Assembly: GCF_039654945.1 (NCBI RefSeq)
Contig: NW_027361991.1
Location: 248,001 to 312,000 of the forward strand
Reading direction: 5' to 3'
Source of the DNA: Dendrobates tinctorius
Taxonomy: Eukaryota
Length of the DNA: 64,000 nucleotides
Shown here: positions 1 to 15,000 of the stretch, in pieces
Position numbering within the stretch: position 1 is the stretch's first letter
Layout: every line of letters begins with the position of its first letter
The notes under the pieces: model-generated
The model's database searches: none
Seen by the model: only the letters and a program-made list of their open reading frames with translations
Told to the model about the DNA's origin: nothing
Program-made: the position numbers and the translations under genes

Positions 1-3000
1 GGAGGACCCACAGAAACTTCTCCAGTGTCTGATATAACAACAAAAGGGACATCAGTGGTGCAAGATTCCACAGACACGGAGACATCTTCAGTGGTTGAAA
101 CAACTGCAGAATCCTCATTGCCAGGAGTATCCACTGAAAGTTCTCCAGTATCTGATCTGTCCACAAATGGAACTCACACAGTTCCTGATACTACTATAAC
201 AGATTCACCTTCATCACCGTCTGTAACTTCAGTAAGTTCTCCTATGTCTGAAGTACTAACAGAAGGAACATCAGTGGTACCAGATTCCACAGCTGTGGAG
301 ACAACTACAGTGATGCAAACAACTACTGAAACCTCCTCACTACCAGAAGTGTCCACAAGAACATCTCCAATATCTGACCAATCTACAGAAAGAAAACATT
401 CACTACCAGATACCACAACAGAAGCATTTTCTATATCTTCTGCACAGTCAGAGACTTCTATAGTTTCTACATTACTAAAAGAAGGAACATCGGTGGTGCC
501 AGGTTCCACAGCAGTAGAGACATCTCCAGTAGTAGAAACAACTACAGAAACCTCATCGTTAGCAGGAGGACCCACAGAAACTTCTCCAGTGTCTGATATG
601 ACAACAAAAGGGACATCAGTGGTGCAAGGTTCCACAGACACGGGGACATCTTCAGTGGTTGAAACAACTGCAGAATCCTCATTGCCAGGAGTATCCACTG
701 AAAGTTCTCCAGTATCTGATCTGTCCACAAAAAGAACTCATACAGTTCCTGATACTACTATAACAGATTCACCTTCATCACCGTCTGTAACTTCAGTAAC
801 TTCTCCTATGTCTGAAGTACAAACAGAAGGAACATCAGTGGTTCCCGATTCCACAGCTGTGGAGACAACTACAGTGATGCAAACAACTACTGAAACCTCC
901 TCACTACTAGAAGTGTCTACAAGAACATCTCCAATATCTGACCAATCTACAGAAAGAACACATTCACTACCAGATACCACAAGAGAAGCATTTTCGTTAT
1001 CTTCTGTACAGTCAGCGACTTCTACAGTTTCTACATTACTACCAGAAGGAACATCGGTGGTGCCAGGCTCCACAGCAGTAGAGACAGCTCCAGTAGTAGA
1101 AACAACTACAGAAACCTCATCGTTACCAGGAGGACCCACAGAAACTTCACCAGTGTCTGATATACCAACAAAAGGGACATCAGTGGTGCAAGGTTCCACA
1201 GACACGGAGACATCTTCAGTGGTTGAAACAACTGCAGACTCCTCATTGCCAGGAGTATCCACTGAAAGTTCTCCAGTATCTGATCTGTCCACAACAGGAA
1301 CTCATACAGTTCCTGATACTACTATAGCAGATTCACCTTCATCACCATCTGTAACTTCAGTAACTTCTCCTATGTCTGAAGTACAAACAGAAGGAACATC
1401 AGTGGTACCAGATTCCACAGCTGTGGAGACAACTACAGTGATGCAAACAACTACTGAAACCTACTCACTACCAGAAGTGTCCATAAGAACATCTCCAATA
1501 TCTGACCAGTCTACAGAAAGAACACATTCACTACCAGATACCACAATAGAAGCATTTTCATTATCTTCTGTACAGTCAGAGACTTCTATAGTTTCTACAT
1601 TACTACCAGAAGGAACATCGGTGGTGCCAGGCTCCACAGCAGAAGAGACAGCTCCAGTAGTAGAAACAACTACAGAAACCTCAACATTACCTGGGGGACC
1701 CACAGAATCTTCTCCAGTGTCTGATATAACAACAAAAGGGACATCAGTGGTTCAAGGTTCCACAGACACGGAGACATCTTCAGTGGTTGAAACAACTGCA
1801 GAATCCTCATTGCCAGGATTATCCACTGAATGTTCTCCAGTATCTGATCTGTCCACAAAAGGAACTCATACATTTCCTGATACGACTATAGCAGATTCAC
1901 CTTCATCACCGTCTGTAACTTCAGTTAATTCTCCTATGTCTGAAGTAGAAACAGAAGAAACATCAGTGGTACCAGATTCCACAACTGTGGAGACAACTAC
2001 AGTGATGCAAACAACTAATGAAACCTCCTCACTACCAGAAGTGTCCACAAAAACATCTCCAATATCTGACCAATCTACAGAAAGAACACATTCACTACCA
2101 GATACCACAATAGAAGCATTTTCATTATCTTCTGTACAGTCAGAGACTTCTATGGTTTCTACATTACTACCAGAAGGAACATCGGTGGTGCCAGGCTCCA
2201 CAGCAGTAGAGACAGCTCCAGTAGTAGAAACAACTACAGAAACCTCATCGTTTCCAGGAGGACCCACAGAAACTTCTCCAGTGTCTTATATAACAACAAA
2301 AGGGACATCAGTGGTGCAAGGTTCCACAGACATGGAGACATCTTCAGTGGCTGAAACAACTGCAGAATCCTCATTGCCAGGAGTATCCACTGAAAGTTCT
2401 CCAGTATCTGATCTGTCCACAAAAGGAACTCAAACAGTACCTGAAACTACTATAGCAGATTCACCTTCATCACCGTCTGTAACTTCAGTAACTTCTCCTA
2501 TGTCTGAAGTACAAACAGAAGGAACATCAGTGGTACCAGATTCCACAGCTGTGGAGACAACTACAGTGATGCAAACAACTACTGAAACCTCCTCACTACC
2601 AGAAGTGTCCACAAGAACATCTCCAAAATCTGACCAATCTACAGAAAGAACACATTCACTACCAGATACCACAACAGAAGCATTTTCAATTTCTTCTGTA
2701 CAGTCAGAGACTTCTATAGTTTCTACATTACTACCAGAAGGAACATCGGTGGTGCCAGGCTCCACAGCAGTAGAGACAGCTCCAGTAGTAGAAACAACTA
2801 CAGAAACCTCATCGTTACCAGGAGGACCCACAGAAACTTCTCCAGTGTCTTATATAACAACAAAAGGGACATCAGTGGTGCAAGGTTCCACAGACACGGA
2901 GACATCTTCAGTGGTTGAAACAACTGCAGAATCCTCATTGCCAGGAGTATCCACTGAAAGTTCTCCGGTATCTGATCTGTTCACAAAAGGAACTCATACA

Positions 3001-6000
3001 GTACCTGATACTACTATAGCAGGTTCACCTTCATCACCGTCTGTAACTTCAGTAACTTCTCCTATTTCTGAAGTACAAACAGAAGGAACATCAGTGGTAC
3101 CAGATTCCACAGCTGTGGAGACAACTACAGTGATGCAAACAACTACTGAAACCTACTCACTACCAGAAGTGTCCACAAGAACATCTCCAATATCTGACCA
3201 GTCTAAAGAAAGAACACATTCACTACCAGATACCACAATAGAAGCATTTTCATTATCTTCTGTACAGTCAGAGACTTCTATAGTTTCTACATTACTACCA
3301 GAAGGAACATTGGTGGTGCCAGGCTCCACAGCAGAAGAGACAGCTCCAGTAGTAGAAACAACTACAGAAACCTCATCATTACCAGAGGGATCCACAGAAA
3401 CTTCTCCAGTGTCTGATATAACAACAAAAAGGACATCAGTGGTGCAAGGTTCCACAGACACGGAGACATCTTCAGTGGTTGAAACAACTGCAGAATCCTC
3501 ATTGCCAGGAGTATCCACTGAAAGTTCTCCAGTATCTGATCTGTCCACAAAAGGAACTCATACAGTTCCTGATACTACTATAGCAGATTCACCTTCATCA
3601 CCGTCTGTAACTTCAGTAAGTTCTCCTATGTCTGAAGTAGAAACAGAAGGAACATCAGTGGTACCTGATTCCACAACTGTGGAGACAACTACAGTGATGC
3701 AAACAACTACTGAAACCTCCTCGCTGCCAGAAGTGTCCACAAGAACATCTCCAAAATCTGACCAATCTACAGAAAGAACACATTCACTACCAGATACCAC
3801 AACAGAAGCATTTTCGTTATCTTCTGTACAGTCAGCGACTTCTACAGTTTCTACATTACTACCAGAAGGAACATCGGTGGTGCCAGGCTCCACAGCAGTA
3901 GAGACAGCTCCAGTAGTAGAAACAACTACAGAAACCTCATCTTTAGCAGGAGGACCCACAGAAACTTCTATAGTGTCTGATAAATCAACAAAAGGGACAT
4001 CAGTGGTGCAAGGTTCCACAGACACGGAGACATCTTCAGTGGTTGAAACAACTGCAGAATCCTCATTGCCAGGAGTATCCACTGAAAGTTCTCCGGTATC
4101 TGATCTGTTCACAAAAGAAACTCATACAGTTCCTGATACTACTATAGCAGATTCACCTTCATCACCATCTGTAACTTCAGTAACTTCTCCTATGTCTGAA
4201 GTAGAAACAGAAGGAACATCAGTGGTACCAGATTCCACAGCTGTGGAGACAACTACAGTGATGCAAACACCTACTGAAACCTCCTCACTACCAGAAGTGC
4301 CCACACGAACATCTCCAATATCTGACCAATCTACAGAAAGAACACGTTCACTACCAGATACCACAATAGAAGCATTTTCAATATCTTCTGTACAGTCAGA
4401 GACTTCTAAAGTTTCTACATTACTACCAGAAGGAACATCGGTGGTGCCAGGCTCCACAGCAGTAGAGACAGCTCCAGTAGTAGAAACAACTACAGAAACC
4501 TCATCGTTACCAGGAGAACTCACAGAAACTTCTCCAGTGTCTTGTATAACAACAAAAGGGACATCAGTGGTGCAAAGTTCCACAGACACGGAGACATTTT
4601 CAGTGGTTGAAACAACTGCAGAATCCTCATTGCCAGGAGTATCCACTGAAAGTTCTCTAGTATCTGATCTGTCCACAAAAGGAACTCATACAGATCCTGA
4701 TACTACTATAGCAGATTCACATTCTTCACCGTCTGTAACTTCAGTAAGTTCTCCTATGCCTGAACTACAAACAGAAGGAACATCAGTGGTACCAGGTTCC
4801 AAAACTGTGGAGACAACTACAGTGATGCAAACAGCTACTGAAACCTCCTCACTACCAGAAGTGTCCACAAGAAAGTCTCCAATATCTGACCAATCTACAG
4901 AAAGAATATATTCACTACCAGATACCACAATAGAAGCATTTTCGTTATCTTCTGTACAGTCAGAGTCTTCTACAGTTTCTACATTACTACCAGAAGGAAC
5001 ATCGGTGGTGCCAGGTTCCACAGCAGTAGAGACAGCTCCAGTAGTAGAAACAACTACAGAAACCGCATCGTTACCAGGAGGACCCACAGAAACTTCACCA
5101 GTGTCTGATATACCAACAAAAGGGACATCAGTGGTGCAAGGTTCCACAGACACGGAGACATCTTCAGTGGTAGAAACAACTGCAGAATCCTCATTGCCAG
5201 GAGTATCCACTGAAAGTTCTCCAGTATCTGATCTGTCCACAAAAGGAACTCATACAGTTCCTGATACTACTATAACAGATTCACCTTCATCACCGTCTGT
5301 AACTTCAGTAACTTCTCCTATGTCTGAAGTACAAACAGAAGGAACATCAGTGGTACCAGATTCCACAGCTGTGGAGACAACTACAGTGATGCAAACAACT
5401 ACTGAAACCTCCTCACTACTAGAAGTGTCCACAAGAACATCTCCAATATCTGACCAATCTACAGAAAGAACACATTCACTACCAGATACCACAAAAGAAG
5501 CATTTTCGTTATCTTCTGTACAGTCAGCGACTTCTACAGTTTCTACATTACTACCAGAAGGAACATCGGTGGTGCCAGGCTCCACAGCAGTAGAGACAGC
5601 TCCAGTAGTAGAAACAACTACAGAAACCTCATCGTTACCAGGAGGACCAACAGAAACTTCACCAGTGTCTGATATACCAACAAAAGGGACATCAGTGGTG
5701 CAAGGTTCCACAGATACGGAGACATCTTCAGTGGTTAAAACAACTGCAGAATCCTCATTGCCAGGAGTATCCACTGAAAGTTCTCCAGTATCTGATCTGT
5801 CCACAAAAGGAACTCATACAGTACCTGATACTACTATAGCAGATTCACCTTCATCACCGTCTGTAACTTCAGTAACTTCTCCTATGTCTGAAGTACAAAC
5901 GGATGGAACTTCAGTGGTACCAGATTCCACAGCTGTGGAGACAACTACAGTGATGCAAACAGCTACTGAAACCTCCTCACTACCAGACGTGTCCACAAGA

Positions 6001-9000
6001 ACATCTCCAATATCTGACCAATCTACAGAAAGAACACATTCACTACCAGATACCACAATAGAAGCATTATCATTGTCTTCTGTACAGTCAGAGACTTCTA
6101 TAGTTTCTACATTACTACCAGAAGGAACATCGGTGGTGCCAGTCTCCACAGCAGTAGAGACAGCTCCAGTAGTAGAAACAACTACAGAAACCTCATCGTT
6201 ACCAGGAGGACCCACAGAAACTTCTCCAGCGTCTGATATAACAACAAAAGGGACATCAGTGGTGCAAGGCTCCACAGACACGGAGACATCTTCAGTGGTT
6301 GAAACAACTGCAGAATCCTCATTGCCAGGAGTATCCACTGAAAGTTCTCCAGTATCTGCTCTGTCCACAAAAGGAACTCATACAGTTCCTGATACTACTA
6401 TAACAGATTCACCTTCATCACCGTCTGTAACTTCAGTAACTTCTCCTATGTCTGAAGTACAAACAGAAGGAACATCAGTGGTACCAGATTCCACAGCTGT
6501 GGAGACAACTACAGTGATGCAAACAACTACTGAAACCTCCTCACTACTAGAAGTGTCCACAAGAACATCTCCAATATCTGACCAATCTACAGAAAGAACA
6601 CATTCACTACCAGATACCACAAAAGAAGCATTTTCGTTATCTTCTGTACAGTCAGCGACTTCTACAGTTTCTACATTACTACCAGAAGGAACATCGGTGG
6701 TGCCAGGCTCCACAGCAGTAGAGACAGCTCCAGTAGTAGAAACAACTACAGAAACCTCATCGTTACCAGGAGGACCAACAGAAACTTCACCAGTGTCTGA
6801 TATACCAACAAAAGGGACATCAGTGGTGCAAGGTTCCACAGATACGGAGACATCTTCAGTGGTTAAAACAACTGCAGAATCCTCATTGCCAGGAGTATCC
6901 ACTGAAAGTTCTCCAGTATCTGATCTGTCCACAAAAGGAACTCATACAGTACCTGATACTACTATAGCAGGTTCACCTTCATCACCGTCTGTAACTTCAG
7001 TAACTTCTCCTATGTCTGAAGTACAAACGGATGGAACTTCAGTGGTACCAGATTCCACAGCTGTGGAGACAACTACAGTGATGCAAACAGCTACTGAAAC
7101 CTCCTCACTACCAGACGTGTCCACAAGAACATCTCCAATATCTGACCAATCTACAGAAAGAACACATTCACTACCAGATACCACAAAAGAAGCATTTTCG
7201 TTATCTTCTGTACAGTCAGCGACTTCTACAGTTTCTACATTACTACCAGAAGGAACATCGGTGGTGCCAGGCTCCACAGCAGTAGAGACAGCTTCAGTAG
7301 TAGAAACAACTACAGAAACCTCATCGTTACCAGGACGACCAACAGAAACTTCACCAGTGTCTGATATACCAACAAAAGGGACATCAGTGGTGCAAGGTTC
7401 CACAGATACGGAGACATCTTCAGTGGTTAAAACAACTGCAGAATCCTCATTGCCAGGAGTATCCACTGAAAGTTCTCCAGTATCTGATCTGTCCACAAAA
7501 GGAACTCATACAGTACCTGATACTACTATAGCAGATTCACCTTCATCACCGTCTGTAACTTCAGTAACTTCTCCTATGTCTGAAGTACAAACGGAAGGAA
7601 CATCAGTGGTACCAGATTCCACAGCTGTGGAGACAACTACAGTGATGCAAACAACTACTGAAACCTACTCACTACCAGAAGTGTCCACAAGAACATCTCC
7701 AATATCTGACCAGTCTACAGAAAGAACACATTCACTACCAGATACCACAATAGAAGCATTTTCATTATCTTCTGTACAGTCAGAGACTTCTATAGTTTCT
7801 ACATTACTACCAGAAGGAACATCGGTGGTGCCAGGCTCCACAGCAGAAGAGACAGCTCCAGTAGTAGAAACAACTACAGAAACCTTATCATTACCTGAGG
7901 GATCCACAGAAACTTCTCCAGTGTCTTATATAACAACAAAAGAGACATCAGTGATGCAAGGTTCCTCAGACACGGAGACATCTTCAGTGGTTGAAACAAC
8001 TGCAGAATCCTCATTGCCAGGAGTATCCACTGAAAGTTCTCTAGTATCTGATCTGTCCACAAAAGGAACTCATACAGATCCTGATACTACTATAGCAGAT
8101 TCACCTTCATCACCGTCTGTAACTTCAGTAACTTCTCCTATGTCTGAAGTACAAACGGATGGAACTTCAGTGGTACCAGATTCCACAGCTGTGGAGACAA
8201 CTACAGTGATGCAAACAGCTACTGAAACCTCCTCACTACCAGACGTGTCCACAAGAACATCTCCAATATCTGACCAATCTACAGAAAGAACACATTCACT
8301 ACCAGATACCACAATAGAAGCATTATCATTGTCTTCTGTACAGTCAGAGACTTCTATAGTTTCTACATTACTACCAGAAGGAACATCGGTGGTGCCAGGC
8401 TCCACAGCAGTAGAGACAGCTCCAGTAGTAGAAACAACTACAGAAACCTCATCGTTACCAGGACGACCAACAGAAACTTCACCAGTGTCTGATATACCAA
8501 CAAAAGGGACATCAGTGGTGCAAGGTTCCACAGATACGGAGACATCTTCAGTGGTTAAAACAACTGCAGAATCCTCATTGCCAGGAGTATCCACTGAAAG
8601 TTCTCCAGTATCTGATCTGTCCACAAAAGGAACTCATACAGTACCTGATACTACTATAGCAGATTCACCTTCATCACCGTCTGTAACTTCAGTAACTTCT
8701 CCTATGTCTGAAGTACAAACGGATGGAACTTCAGTGGTACCAGATTCCACAGCTGTGGAGACAACTACAGTGATGCAAACAGCTACTGAAACCTCCTCAC
8801 TACCAGACGTGTCCACAAGAACATCTCCAATATCTGACCAATCTACAGAAAGAACACATTCACTACCAGATACCACAATAGAAGCATTATCATTGTCTTC
8901 TGTACAGTCAGAGACTTCTATAGTTTCTACATTACTACCAGAAGGAACATCGGTGGTGCCAGGCTCCACAGCAGTAGAGACAGCTCCAGTAGTAGAAACA

Positions 9001-12000
9001 ACTACAGAAACCTCATCGTTACCAGGAGGACCCACAGAAACTTCTCCAGCGTCTGATATAACAACAAAATGGACATCAGTGGTGCAAGGCTCCACAGACA
9101 CGGAGACATCTTCAGTGGTTGAAACAACTGCAGAATCCTCATTGCCAGGAGTATCCACTGAAAGTTCTCCAGTATCTGATCTGTCCACAAAAGGAACTCA
9201 TACAGTTCCTGATACTACTATAACAGATTCACCTTCATCACCGTCTGTAACTTCAGTAACTTCTCCTATGTCTGAAGTACAAACAGAAGGAACATCAGTG
9301 GTACCAGATTCCACAGCTGTGGAGACAACTACAGTGATGCAAACAACTACTGAAACCTCCTCACTACTAGAAGTGTCCACAAGAACATCTCCAATATCTG
9401 ACCAATCTACAGAAAGAACACATTCACTACCAGATACCACAAAAGAAGCATTTTCGTTATCTTCTGTACAGTCAGCGACTTCTACAGTTTCTACATTACT
9501 ACCAGAAGGAACATCGGTGGTGCCAGGCTCCACAGCAGTAGAGACAGCTCCAGTAGTAGAAACAACTACAGAAACCTCATCGTTACCAGGAGGACCAACA
9601 GAAACTTCACCAGTGTCTGATATACCAACAAAAGGGACATCAGTGGTGCAAGGTTCCACAGATACGGAGACATCTTCAGTGGTTAAAACAACTGCAGAAT
9701 CCTCATTGCCAGGAGTATCCACTGAAAGTTCTCCAGTATCTGATCTGTCCACAAAAGGAACTCATACAGTACCTGATACTACTATAGCAGATTCACCTTC
9801 ATCACCGTCTGTAACTTCAGTAACTTCTCCTATGTCTGAAGTACAAACGGATGGAACTTCAGTGGTACCAGATTCCACAGCTGTGGAGACAACTACAGTG
9901 ATGCAAACAGCTACTGAAACCTCCTCACTACCAGACGTGTCCACAAGAACATCTCCAATATCTGACCAATCTACAGAAAGAACACATTCACTACCAGATA
10001 CCACAATAGAAGCATTATCATTGTCTTCTGTACAGTCAGAGACTTCTATAGTTTCTACATTACTACCAGAAGGAACATCGGTGGTGCCAGGCTCCACAGC
10101 AGTAGAGACAGCTCCAGTAGTAGAAACAACTACAGAAACCTCATCGTTACCAGGAGGACCCACAGAAACTTCTCCAGCGTCTGATATAACAACAAAAGGG
10201 ACATCAGTGGTGCAAGGCTCCACAGACACGGAGACATCTTCAGTGGTTGAAACAACTGCAGAATCCTCATTGCCAGGAGTATCCACTGAAAGTTCTCCAG
10301 TATCTGCTCTGTCCACAAAAGGAACTCATACAGTTCCTGATACTACTATAACAGATTCACCTTCATCACCGTCTGTAACTTCAGTAACTTCTCCTATGTC
10401 TGAAGTACAAACAGAAGGAACATCAGTGGTACCAGATTCCACAGCTGTGGAGACAACTACAGTGATGCAAACAACTACTGAAACCTCCTCACTACTAGAA
10501 GTGTCCACAAGAACATCTCCAATATCTGACCAATCTACAGAAAGAACACATTCACTACCAGATACCACAAAAGAAGCATTTTCGTTATCTTCTGTACAGT
10601 CAGCGACTTCTACAGTTTCTACATTACTACCAGAAGGAACATCGGTGGTGCCAGGCTCCACAGCAGTAGAGACAGCTCCAGTAGTAGAAACAACTACAGA
10701 AACCTCATCGTTACCAGGACAACCAACAGAAACTTCACCAGTGTCTGATATACCAACAAAAGGGACATCAGTGGTGCAAGGTTCCACAGATACGGAGACA
10801 TCTTCAGTGGTTAAAACAACTGCAGAATCCTCATTGCCAGGAGTATCCACTGAAAGTTCTCCAGTATCTGATCTGTCCACAAAAGGAACTCATACAGTAC
10901 CTGATACTACTATAGCAGATTCACCTTCATCACCGTCTGTAACTTCAGTAACTTCTCCTATGTCTGAAGTACAAACGGAAGGAACATCAGTGGTACCAGA
11001 TTCCACAGCTGTGGAGACAACTACAGTGATGCAAACAACTACTGAAACCTACTCACTACCAGAAGTGTCCACAAGAACATCTCCAATATCTGACCAGTCT
11101 ACAGAAAGAACACATTCACTACCAGATACCACAATAGAAGCATTTTCATTATCTTCTGTACAGTCAGAGACTTCTATAGTTTCTACATTACTACCAGAAG
11201 GAACATCGGTGGTGCCAGGCTCCACAGCAGAAGAGACAGCTCCAGTAGTAGAAACAACTACAGAAACCTTATCATTACCTGAGGGATCCACAGAAACTTC
11301 TCCAGTGTCTTATATAACAACAAAAGGGACATCAGTGATGCAAGGTTCCTCAGACACGGAGACATCTTCAGTGGTTGAAGCAACTGCAGAATCCTCATTG
11401 CCAGGAGTATCCACTGAAAGTTCTCTAGTATCTGATCTGTCCACAAAAGGAACTCATACAGATCCTGATACTACTATAGCAGATTCACCTTCATCACCGT
11501 CTGTAACTTCAGAAAGTTCTCCTATGTCTGGACTACAAACAGAAGGAACATCAGTGGTACCAGATTCCAAAAATGTGGAGACAACTACAGTGATGCTAAC
11601 AGCTACTGAAACCACCTCATTACCAGACGTGTCCACAAAAACATATCCAATATCTGACCAATCTACAGAAAGAACACATTCACTACCAGATACCACAATA
11701 GAAATATTTTCATTATCTTCTGTACAGTCAGAGACTTCTATAGTTTCTACATTACTACCAGAAGGAACATCGGTGGTGCCAGGATCCACAGCAGTAGAGA
11801 CAGCTCCAGCAGTAGAAAAAACTACAGAAACCTCATCGTTACCAGGAGGACCCACAGAAACCTCACCAGTGTCTGATATACCAACAAAAGGGACATCAGT
11901 GGTGCAAGGTTCCACAGACATGGAGACATCTTCAGTGGTTGAAACAACTGCAGAATCCTCATTGCCAGGAGTATCCACTGAAAGTTCTCCAGTATCTGAT

Positions 12001-15000
12001 CTGTCCACAAAAGGAACTCATACAGTACCTGATACTACTATAGCAGATTCACCTTCATCACCGTCTGTAACTTCTCCTATGTCTGAAGTACAAACAGAAG
12101 GAACATCAGTGGTACTAGATTCCACAGCTGTGGAGACAACTACAGTGATGCAAACAACTACTGAAACCACCTCACTACCAGAAGTGTCCACAAGAACATC
12201 TCCAATATCTGACCAATCTACAGAAAGAACACATTCACTACCAGATACCACAATAGAAGCTTTTTCATTATCTTCTGTACAGTCAGGGACTTCTACAGTT
12301 TCTACATTACTACCAGAAGGAACATCGGTGGTGCCAGGCTCCACAGCAGTAGAGACAGCTCCAGTAGTAGAAACAACTACAGATACCTCATCGTTACAAG
12401 GAGGACCCACAGAAACTTCTAAAGTGTCTGATATAACAACAAAAGGGACATCAGTGGAGCAAGGTTCCACAGACACGGAGACATCTTCAGTGGTTGAAAC
12501 AACTGCAGAATCCTCATTGCCAGGAGTATCCACTGTAAGTTCTCCAGTATCTGATCTGTCCACAAAAGGAACTCATACAGTACCTGATACTACTATAGCA
12601 GATTCACCTTCATCACCCTCTGTAACTTCAGTAACTTCTCCTATGTCTGAAGTACAAACAGAAGGAACATCAGTGGTACCAAATTCCACACCTGTGGAGA
12701 CAACTACAGTGATGGAAACAACTACTGAAACCTCCTCACTACCAGCAGTGTCCACAAGAACATCTCCAATATCTGACCAATCTAGAGAAAGAACACATTC
12801 ACTACCAGATACCACAATAGAAGCATTTTCATTATCTACTGTACAGTCAGAGACTTCTACAGTTTCTACATTACTACCAGAAGGAACATCGGTGGTGCCA
12901 GGCTCCACAGCAGTAGAGACAGCTCCAGTAGTAGAAACAACTTCAGAAACCTCATCATTACCTGAAGAACCCACAGAAACTTCTCCAGTGTCTGATATAA
13001 CAACAAAAGGGACATCAGTGGTGCAAGGTTCCACAGACACGGAGACATCTTCAGTGGTTGAAACAACTGCAGAATCCTCATTGCCAGGAGTATCCACTGA
13101 AAGTTCTCCAGTATCTGATCTGTCCACAAAAGGAACTCATACAGTTCCTGATACTACTATAGCAGATTCACCTTCATCACCATCTGTAACTTCAGTAACT
13201 TCTCCTATGTCTGAAGTAGAAACAGAAGGAACATCAGTGGTACCAGATTCCACAGCTGTGGAGACAACTACAGTGATGCAAACAACTACTGAAACCTCCT
13301 CACTACCAGAAGTGTCCACAAGAACACCTCCAATATCTAACCAATCTACAGAAAGAACACAATCACTACCAGATACCACAATAGAAGCATTTTCATTATC
13401 TTCTGAACAGTCAGAGACTTCTATAGTTTCTACATTACTACCAGAAGGAACATCGGTGGTGCCAGGCTCCGCAGCAGTAGAGACAGCTCCAGTAGTAGAA
13501 ACAACGACAGAAACCTCATCGTTACCAGGAGAACTCACAGAAACTTCTCCAGTGTCTGGTATAACAACAAAAGGGACATCAGTGGTGCAGGGTTCCACAG
13601 ACTCGGAGACATCTTCAGTTGTTGAAACAACTGCAGAATCCTCATTGCCTGGAGTATCCACTGAAAGTCCTCCAGTATCTGATCTGTCCACAAAAGGAAC
13701 TCATACAGATCCTGGTACTACTATAGCAGATTCACCTTCATCACCGTCTGTAACTTTAGTAAGTTCTCCTATGTCTGAACTACAAACAGAAGGAACATCA
13801 GTGGTACCAGATTCAAAAACTGTGAAGACAACTACAGTGATGCAAACGGCTTCTGAAACCTCCTCACTACCAGAAGTGTCCACAAGAACATATCCAATAT
13901 CTGACCAATCTACAGAAAGAACAGATTCACTACCAGATACCACAATAGAATCATTTTCATTATCTTCTGTACAGTCAGAGACTTCTACAGTTTCTACATT
14001 ACTACCAGAAGGAACATCGGTGGTGCCAGGCTCCACAGCAGTAGATACAGCTCCAGTAGTAGAAACAACTACAGATACCTCATCGTTACAAGGAGGACCC
14101 ACAGAAACTTCTCCAGTGTCTGATATAACAACAAAAGGGACATCAGTGGTGCAAGGTTCCACAGACACGGAGACATCTTCAGTGGTTGAAACAACTGCAG
14201 AATCCTCATTGCCAGGAGTATCCACTGAAAGTCCTCCAGTATCTGATCTGTCCACAAAAGGAACTCATACAGATCCTGATACTACTATAGCAGATTCACC
14301 TTCATCACCATCTGTAACTTCAGTAACTTCTCCTATGTCTGAAGTACAAACGGATGGAACTTCAGTGGTACCAGATTCCACAGCTGTGGAGACAACTACA
14401 GTGATGCAAACAGCTACTGAAACCTCCTCACTACCAGACGTGTCCACAAGAACATCTCCAATATCTGACCAATCTACAGAAAGAACACATTCACTACCAG
14501 ATACCACAATAGAAGCATTATCATTGTCTTCTGTACAGTCAGAGACTTCTATAGTTTCTACATTACTACCAGAAGGAACATCGGTGGTGCCAGGCTCCAC
14601 AGCAGTAGAGACAGCTCCAGTAGTAGAAACAACTACAGAAACCTCATCGTTACCAGGACGACCAACAGAAACTTCACCAGTGTCTGATATACCAACAAAA
14701 GGGACATCAGTGGTGCAAGGTTCCACAGATACGGAGACATCTTCAGTGGTTAAAACAACTGCAGAATCCTCATTGCCAGGAGTATCCACTGAAAGTTCTC
14801 CAGTATCTGATCTGTCCACAAAAGGAACTCATACAGTACCTGATACTACTATAGCAGATTCACCTTCATCACCGTCTGTAACTTCAGTAACTTCTCCTAT
14901 GTCTGAAGTACAAACGGATGGAACTTCAGTGGTACCAGATTCCACAGCTGTGGAGACAACTACAGTGATGCAAACAGCTACTGAAACCTCCTCACTACCA

